In this document: positions 56,400 through 64,000 of the stretch, in pieces
Position numbering within the stretch: position 1 is the stretch's first letter
Layout of the letters: the number at the start of each line of letters is the position of its first letter
Assembly: GCF_009914755.1 (NCBI RefSeq)
Contig: NC_060931.1
Origin: the human T2T-CHM13v2.0 reference genome, Homo sapiens
Reading direction: 5' to 3' (one strand)
Length of the DNA: 64,000 nt
Translations under genes and position numbers: made by a program
The notes under the pieces: model-generated
Told to the model about the DNA's origin: nothing
The model's database searches: none
What the model saw: only the letters and a program-made list of their open reading frames with translations

Positions 56400-57482
56400 A
56401 ATGAAAATATTCATAAGGTTGCAGGACACAAAATCAACACAAATGTAATTTTTGTAACCAGTTACATTTATATACACTAACAATGAACTATCCAGAAAAG
56501 ATTAAGCAAACAATCTCATTTATAGTAGCATCAAAAAGAAAAAAAAAATACCTAGAGTAAACTTAACCAAGGACGTGAAGGATCTGTACACTGAAACCTA
56601 TAAAACATTGATGAGAGAAATTGAAGGAGACCAAATAAATGGAAAGATATCCTGTATTTATGGATTGCCAGAATTAATATTTTTAAAATGTCAAACTACC
56701 TGCCTTAGTCTGCTTGAATTCCTATAAATAAATACCTGAGGCTGGGTAATTTATAAACAAAAGAGATTTATTTGGCTCATGGTTCTGCAGGCTGTACTAG
56801 AAGCATGGCACCAACATCTGCTTCTGGTGAGGACCTCAAGAAGCTTCCAATCATAGCAGAAGGGGAAGGGGAGTCAGCATATGACGTGACAAGAGAGGGA
56901 GTGAGAGAGAAGGAAGTGCCAGTGTCTTTTTAACAACAAGATCTCACAGGAACTAACGGAGTGAGAAGTCACTCATTACCCCAAGGACAGCACCAGGCTA
57001 GTCATGAGAGATCCACCCCCCATGACCCAAACACCTCTCACCAGGCCCCACCTCCAACATTAGAGATCCAATTTCAGCATGAAATTTGAAATTTGGAGGG
57101 GACATATATCCAAACTATATCACTACCCAAAGCAATCTACAGTTTCAAAGTAATTCCTATCAAAATTCGAATGGGATTTTTCTTAGAAATAGAAAAAGTA
57201 ATCCTAAAATTCATATGAAACCATAAAAGTCCCCAAAGAGCCAAATAATCTTGAGCAAGAAGAACAAAGCTAGAGGCATCACACTTCCTGATTTCAGAAT
57301 ATATTGCAAAGCTACAGTAATCAAAACAGTATGGTACTGGCATAAAAACAGACATATGGACCAGTGGAACAGAATAAACAGACCAGAAATAAATCCACAC
57401 ATTTACAGCCAACTGAACGTCAACAGGGTGCCAAGAACACACAATGGAGAAAGGATAGCTCTTCAATAAATGATATTGGGGA
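56400..57482 (+). mobile_element. L1MA/PB ORF2 fragment split by an MST LTR
   Basis: ORF 57251-57469 matches ORF2p ([40 protein letters not shown]). Confidence 0.92.
56701..57122 (-). mobile_element. MaLR solo LTR (MSTB/MSTA), complete
   Basis: TG...CA termini; perfect 5-bp TSD 'ctacc' at 56696-56700 and 57123-57127. Confidence 0.95.
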
Positions 57483-57529
57483 AAAAAAGGTTAAACTCTT
57501 TTTTGACCACAATTCTTCATTCATGTTCC

Positions 57530-57860
57530 CTCTCCTCCCACGTGTCTAGGGGTAACTACTGCTATGAGTTTGGTGTGTATCTCTAGGGTCCTTCTCTCCA
57601 AGACTCTGTGTCCTAGAGACCTGTCTGTATTTTTACCTATGGAAGTAGATCCTTTCTATTAACAGCTATATAAAATTGCATAGTGTGCATATACCACATT
57701 TTATTTAGCAGTTATTATATTGATGAATATTTGGGTTGTTTCCATTTTTTTTAGCCCAATCATACTACAGTAAACATTTGTAGCTGCATCTTTCCACATA
57801 TGTGTGGACATTTCTTTAGCTAGCCCCTGAAAAATGCAATTGCTAAATCATAAGTTATGT
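57530..57860 (-). mobile_element. L1ME-type 3' fragment
   Basis: 'tataccacattttatttagc...ttgatgaatatttgggttgtttcc'. Confidence 0.75.
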
Positions 57861-57865
57861 GGCAG

Positions 57866-57884
57866 TTTTTTCTTCTTTTCCTTT

Positions 57885-57917
<33 letters not shown>

Positions 57918-58175
57918 TTCACCCAGGCTGGAGTGCAATGATGTGAACTCGGCTCACTGCAACCTCCACCTCCCAGATTCAAGCTATTCTCCTGCCTCAG
58001 CCTCCTGAGTAGCTGGGATTACAGGTGGCTGCCACCACGCCCAGCTAATTTTTTGTATTTTGGGTAGAGATGGGGTTTCACAATGTTGGCCAGGCTGGTC
58101 TCGAATTCTTGACCTCAGGTGATCCGCCCACCTCAGCCTCCCAAAGTGCTGGGATTACAGGCCACCACTCCCAGT
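57866..58175 (-). mobile_element. AluS (Sx/Sz-like) with (TTG)n tail and small deletions
   Basis: 'gttggccaggctggtctcgaa...gacctcaggtgatccgccc'; (TTG)~9 at 57886-57914. Confidence 0.94.
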
Positions 58176-59037
58176 CAGCAGTGTTAAAAGTAATTCTATC
58201 TCAGCTAGCTAGATGGTGAGCTGCTGTCTTTGTTTTTGTAACTGTAAGCTTACACAGAACCTGATGTGTGTATACTATAGGACCCAGCAATCCTACTTAG
58301 TGTAGTAAAGGGCTCAATGAATAGGGAATGAATTAATGAGTGAAAAGATGGATGATTTTTCAAGGTAATAGATTTGGCTCAGTTCTTACTAATATGATAT
58401 TTCCTGTCAGAACTTTGAAAATTAATAAGGATCAATTAGAGAAAAAAACCAAACCCTCCAATATGATGCCATAAATGAAGTGGGCATTAAAGTATATGTC
58501 GATAAGATGATTTTAAGGCGATGAAATGGTGAGACTACAGCTTTTATGGGCAAGACCCTTACCACAGTATCTAACAGGATAATGATGACAGACCTGGTTT
58601 TGGCAAGCACAATGTACAGAGCAACATGCAGTGGCCAGCGAGGTAGGTGCTTCCTGTCCCTCATTATATACTGGTACTTGGAACGCCAACCTTGCTCTTT
58701 GTGGCTGTAATGCTGGTCATGATTTCCAAGAACAAATGGACATGGACGGATATTTTCTCAATTATTCTCTAATTTTTTACCTTCCAGTTACTTGGTAAAC
58801 ATTTTAAAAATATATTACCCAAAAGGACACTGATGAAAGCAGCTTGTTCTTGGTGTAGAAGCCACGTCCAGGGCCGGAAGACAGCACACAGGGAGAGTGC
58901 CTGATGTGCTCCGTGAGCACAGCCAGGGCATCGGGGCCTTCTTTTGGTTTTACCCAAATAAGGGAGTCAGAGTAACAGAAAGGCTCAGGTGCTCTGGCCC
59001 GGCCTTTAGGAGTTCCACTTACAGAATCAAACCAAAA

Positions 59038-59235
59038 TTGGTGCTGTTGACATTTTGGCTAGATAATTCTTTGTCGTGGGGGACTGTCCTGTGCCTGGTA
59101 GGACATTTAGCAGTATCCCTGATCTCTATTCACTGAATGCCAGTAGCATCCCTCAGTTGTGACAACAACAAAAATATCTCCACACATGGCCAAATGTCCC
59201 CTGAAGACAAAATCGCCCCCAGGTGAGAATCACTG
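59038..59235 (-). mobile_element. MER20
   Basis: 'ttgacattttggctagataattctttgtcgtgggggactgtcctgtgc...gccaaatgtcccctg...caaaatcgccccc...gagaatcactg'. Confidence 0.92.
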
Positions 59236-59309
59236 CATTAATTCCATTTTCCTGATTCACTTAAGAGATTCCTTTAAAATCCTTTAAAGACACGTTTAAA
59301 ACTTTGTGG

Positions 59310-59910
59310 CTTTTTTTTCTTTTTCAACTTTTATTTTAGGATTAGAGGGTACATGTGCAGGTTTGTTACGAAGGTATATTGCGTGATGCTAAGGTTTGGG
59401 GTATGATTGAGCCCATAATCAACATAGTGAGCATGGTACCCAATAGGTAGTCTTTCAGTCTTTGCCCCACCTTTCTATAGTAGTCCCCCTTGTCTATTGT
59501 TCCCATCATTATGTACATGTGTACCCAATGTTTAGCTCTCACTTATAAGTGAGAACACATGGTATTTGGTTTTCTGTTTGTGGATTAGTTTACTTAGGAA
59601 AATGGCCTCCAGCTGCATCCATATTGCGGCGTAAGATGTGATTTCATTCTTCTTTATGGCTACATAGTATTCCATGGTATATATGTACCATGGTATATAT
59701 GGCTACATAGTATTCCATGGTATTCCATTTTAAATACCAAGGCCACTGTTGATGGGCACCTGGGTTGATTCCATGTTTTTGCTATTGTGAGTAGCATTGC
59801 AGTGAACATACGGGTTCATGTGTCCTTTTGGTAGAATGATTCATTTTCCTGAGAGTGTATATCCAATAATTGGATTGCTGGGCCGAATGGTAGTTCAACT
59901 CTTAGTTTTT
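59310..59910 (-). mobile_element. L1PA15-16/L1PB 3' end
   Basis: 'ggtacatgtgcaggtttgttac', 'cacttataagtgagaacac', 'atggtagttcaactcttagtt'. Confidence 0.93.
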
Positions 59911-59999
59911 TGGTTATTTTGATTATCTTGCTCTTTTAGATTATTTTGTACATGTGTACTTATTTGTACATGAATTTACACTGGAAGTGTGCAGTGCAG

Positions 60000-60180
60000 A
60001 GGCAGCACAACAGGTCTTAAGTTGGATCCTCCAATTTCTAGCTTTGTGACTTCAGGTAAGTCATCTAACTTCTCTGAGCCTTAGTTAACCTCTGCAAAAT
60101 GGAGATACTACAGTGCTTGCCTCAGAAGGTTTTTGTGAGGGTCAGATGAAATGATATGCGTGTAAAGTTCCATAACTGCA
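60000..60180 (+). mobile_element. MIR
   Basis: 'gctttgtgacttcaggtaagtcatctaacttctctgagcctt...ctgcaaaatggagata'. Confidence 0.85.
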
Positions 60181-60789
60181 GTTTCTTCTAAAAGTCATAA
60201 TAATTTTATAACCCCATGTATGCATGTATTGTTATTCATTAATTTAAAAAATACATGACTAAAGATTATTGTATAATCAGTCATACTTTTAAAAGAATTT
60301 GTATTTGAAATATTATAGTACATATAAGTGCCAGGCATTACATTTATTCAATATATAGGACAATGCTTAGGGTCTGTGTGAATTCTCAGACCTCATTCAA
60401 TAATCCAATGCCCTCAGGGCTTTGGGGGCTGCAGACTAAAGGTAACTAAACTGCCTTGAACACCTCTGAATTGTTTACTTGCATTGCTCTTTGTAAGAGA
60501 AAGACCTTCACTTCCCATCTTCTGGCCAGGACACATCAATGAGAAATTTCTCCTAGGTGGAGTTTACCCTCCCACTGCTTCAGGGAAGTCTAGAGGTGAA
60601 GCTTCTGCTGCTCTTGCTCACCCTAAGTCCACCTGCCACCTGCACATAGAGAGTGCTGCCTCACACCCTCTGGCCTCATTCCCCTGGGAGCTCTTGCTCT
60701 TCCTTGCCTTCTTTTGGGGTTAGCTTTCTCAGTCCCGATCTCCATGACCCCAAGAGCAGCCTGTAGCTCTGAGATAACCTGCCTTTCAT

Positions 60790-61177
60790 TTCAGTCTCAA
60801 GGCCAAGCTACACTGTGCATGAGAACACAGCCACTGGGCTCCCAACTCACTCCTGCCTGCAGGCCTTGCAGCAGATGCTATGAACCAGTCATCCATATCA
60901 TGTGGCACTCACCTCTATACACCAAAGACTGCTAACCGTGAACACTTGTGACTCTCTGCCCAGGGACATTTCAGCCTGTAAAAAGGAGTTTGTGGCCTCA
61001 GAGCAGATGAGCTCCAGCATGGCCTGACTGCACAAAACACACTTCATTTTCTTCCTGTCCCTTCCCTGTCTCACTTCCCTATATCTACCAGTGTTTCCAG
61101 GGATCATCTCACAAGAAAAGTGCTTATATTCAATCCTTATCTCCAGCTTGGGTTCTGGGGGAGGCCAAACCCAGACG
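60790..61177 (+). mobile_element. ERVL LTR (LTR16-like)
   Basis: 'ccttccctgtctcacttccc...ccagggatcatctc...aatccttatctc...ttctgggggaggccaaacccagac'. Confidence 0.6.
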
Positions 61178-61394
61178 AAGGCCCCCTCAAAACTGTATTA
61201 TTATTTTTTCAAAACAATTACCTTTGGATTTAAAAAAATGTTTTTCAGATTTAACCATTAACTTGAGGACAGAGCAAAGCTAGTGAAAGGAAGTTGAGGT
61301 TAAAAGTGTAGGCACCAGCTGATGAACAGTATGCGGTAGATATGAATGATAAAACCAGACACTTCAGAGTAGGGAAAAAATCTGTTCTGTGATT

Positions 61395-61520
61395 TAATCT
61401 AACTTCCTCATTTTACAGAAATGGAGATGGGGCTCAGAGTCCCACAGCCTCCCACTGGCAGGCCCGAGTATCATCTGAAGCCACCCAGCTCTGTGCCTGC
61501 CTGCAGCCCCAGACCTCCAG
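61395..61520 (-). mobile_element. MIR fragment
   Basis: 'aatctaacttcctcattttacagaaatggagatggggctcagag'. Confidence 0.6.
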
Positions 61521-62402
61521 CTTTCTACTAACGTCAGCATTGCCTGCCCTGGGGCAACCCCTGTTTCTCCATGTGTCTCCTCTGGGTCTGGTCATGATGC
61601 CTGGGGAGCCAATGCTGCTTTGCTGTGTTGTATCATTTGGGATCAACTTGCCTGACTCTTACAAAGGACTTGAAACCTTGGGGTATGGCCCTGTTGGGGG
61701 AGGTCACTGGCAGGACCACGGTAATATCCAAAGGGCAGGGGCCTATGTCAGCTCCAGCTACTCCACCACCCCGAATCCAGAAAATCCTCCTCCTGTTCTT
61801 ACCGTGGCTCTCCGGCTGTCTCCCCAACCTGCAGCTCTAACTCCCCAGGCCCTGACCTCTATCCTAACCCCTCCCTACTCACCCCAATCCAAAAGCTTTC
61901 AGGAGAAGCTTGCATTTCTTGTTTGCAGCAGGACTCTCCTTAAAGAAGCTTAACTTTTTACCCCCACCCCCAAAGCTTTGATGAGCTATTTAACAGTAAT
62001 TATTTAATCTTTCCTTGTGGACAGTTCTCTGTGCATTCACCCAGCCTGGAGTGTGTGCTTTTTGCCCTTTTGTGACTTGATCAGAACCCCAAGATTTTTC
62101 CTCCCAGCATGTTTCCTCCTCTCATGCATACGATGCCTGAAAAGAAATACATATTCTTAAATGATGCTGTCACCTCTCACTCAGAGGAGGAATAAATGTG
62201 CCAGAAAGCATTCACAGCTAATTCTGTGGAACAACTGGGACATTTAATAGCTAGCATTTTGTTGGCTCCATAGGGAAGTTAATGATTTGATTTGATTTAT
62301 TGAGGAGTTTTGTTTGTTATGCTTTGCTGTGTTTCGCCTCCATGCAGAGAAGGAGAAAATGACAAAAGAAGTGTAAGACCCAGGTAGAGCTCTCTTTTAA
62401 GG

Positions 62403-62618
62403 CAGCATTTCTCAACCTCAGTGCTATTCATAGTTGGAGTGAATAATTCTTTTTTGCAGGGGCCTGTGCTGTGCATCAGAGGATGTTGAGCAGTGTCCCT
62501 GGCCTCTACCCAGCAGATGCCAATAGCACCCTCCTTTCCAACTGTGACAATCAAAAATGTCTCCAGACATTGCCAAATGCCTCCTTGGAGCCAAAACCAC
62601 CCCTGGTTGAAACCACTG
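62403..62618 (-). mobile_element. MER20, full length
   Basis: 'cagcatttctcaacctcagtgctatt...gtgacaatcaaaaatgtctccagacattgccaaatg...ggttgaaaccactg'. Confidence 0.93.
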
Positions 62619-64000
62619 CCTTAGGGTCATCTCATTTTGATTATTCAGATAGCACATCATCAAATAACCTTCTGCTCCATCTCAGCTTTTCTCCAATAAG
62701 TCTAAACCTTAGTTAAGGGATTGCCACTTACTGGTTATCAGATGTGGCTTTTTAGCTACATCTGAATCTGCCTATAAATTAATAATACATAGATAATCTA
62801 GTTTATAAATCTATTGTTAGTTTAGCTTAAGTGAGTCCCTCTTCCAGACATGAATATACACTGAAGTAAAAAAAAAAATTAAGTTTCTGAATCAATAAAA
62901 CTGACCATCAAAACCTGTGCCAAGGAATTTTGGCTGAAAGACCTGTAACAGCCACACAGGCTGGATCTTACATCCCAAGCAGGAAGAGGGTGCTTAGGAA
63001 AAGATACAAGGAATAACTACACACATCTACATAGAAAATTACATACGGCCTGTCTTGACTCAACTTGTGTTTCCATAAACTAATTAGCCTATCTGTGATT
63101 GGTAAATTTTTGTTTACCAATCACATGTAACTTAATGACGTGGAAGCTGTCTTGGTTCAGGTGTGTTTTTTTCCCAAGGTGAAGGGAGCCAGAGAGGAGA
63201 GAGTCAGTAGAATTAGAACCTCCAACAGGAAGAGAAGAAACTTTGGCTTGCCCATGGGACTAGTAGGAGCCCAGTCAGATCTAGTGTATCATGCTGTAAC
63301 AGAAAAACCTATTGTCACAGGAAAAGAAAAGGCTGGAAAACATCTAAGCAGGGAATGCTGTGGCCGATGAATAGGCATGGTGGGGGTCCCCTCACGAGGA
63401 TTCCGGTGAATATGAGGTACTAGTAATTACAGACTTCTCTACTTCCTTCTATGATTTAGGAGATAAATAAAATTCAAGATACCTCAGGCTCTCAGCAAGT
63501 CACAAGAAAACAAGAAAACATGATGCTGTCTGAGCAACTGGTACAGGAAGCCTGGACGCATTGCTGAGGAAATCAGAACTTCTTTGCAAAAGGCAAGTTC
63601 ACGTCTCTTCCCAGTACGTAGATATTATGATGCTGACAGCTCCTGATATCACCTTCATCTCAGTTTTACTAAGCATCATGTTTTTCCTGTATTATGATCC
63701 AGATGGTGACAATCTGTGGCCAAGATGCTGCCGGGAGATGATTACAGGCACAGGAGAGGAGTTTCAGGCAGGTCAGTGAGTTCATGTGTATTTCAGATGA
63801 AGGGGTTGTCATCCACGTCAATATTTAAATAAATTCTTCCTGGTGCCTAAGTGAACTCTTGAATAGCTGACATTCTGTTAACCAGAATTCTCTACTAACT
63901 GTCACTTCTGCACATCTGTTGCCCAAATATGATTGGCGGTTGTAGTGAAGATGCTCTAGGATTTCACGGGATTCTCATAAATCATCCAAGAAAATTTGGA

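Noticed and set aside
63703-63771. Possible small exon (ccag|ATGGTG...GCAG|gtcagt)
   Set aside because: Splice signals only moderate, and no transcript evidence is available from sequence alone.

Overview
Primate (very probably human) non-coding genomic DNA. Roughly 55-65% is recognisable interspersed repeat: about 15 Alus (J, S and Y types), many old L1 fragments including a ~10.7 kb L1 mosaic at 14.9-25.7 kb, L2 and MIR relics, MaLR/ERV1/ERVL solo LTRs, and hAT/mariner non-autonomous DNA transposons (MER5A, MER58A, three MER20, MADE1). I see no credible protein-coding exon, tRNA/rRNA gene, CpG island or CRISPR array. The ORF track is explained by Alu/L1/LTR sequence or by chance. The repeat-poor gaps (6.6-7.3, 33.4-34.6, 36.1-36.8, 48.0-49.2, 58.4-58.7, 62.1-64.0 kb) are rich in homeodomain/TALE/POU motifs, which suggests enhancers in a gene desert or large intron (inference). 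I found no new biological system. The most unusual observations are: a TSD-flanked AluY-like element split by ~395 bp of foreign DNA containing an older MIR; a 43-56 bp non-Alu inverted repeat around a 481 bp spacer; two left-monomer-only AluY-like insertions with TSDs; and a recurring set of short fold-back palindromes at rearranged sites. Repeat subfamily names come from recalled consensus motifs. Old-repeat boundaries are approximate (tens of bp).
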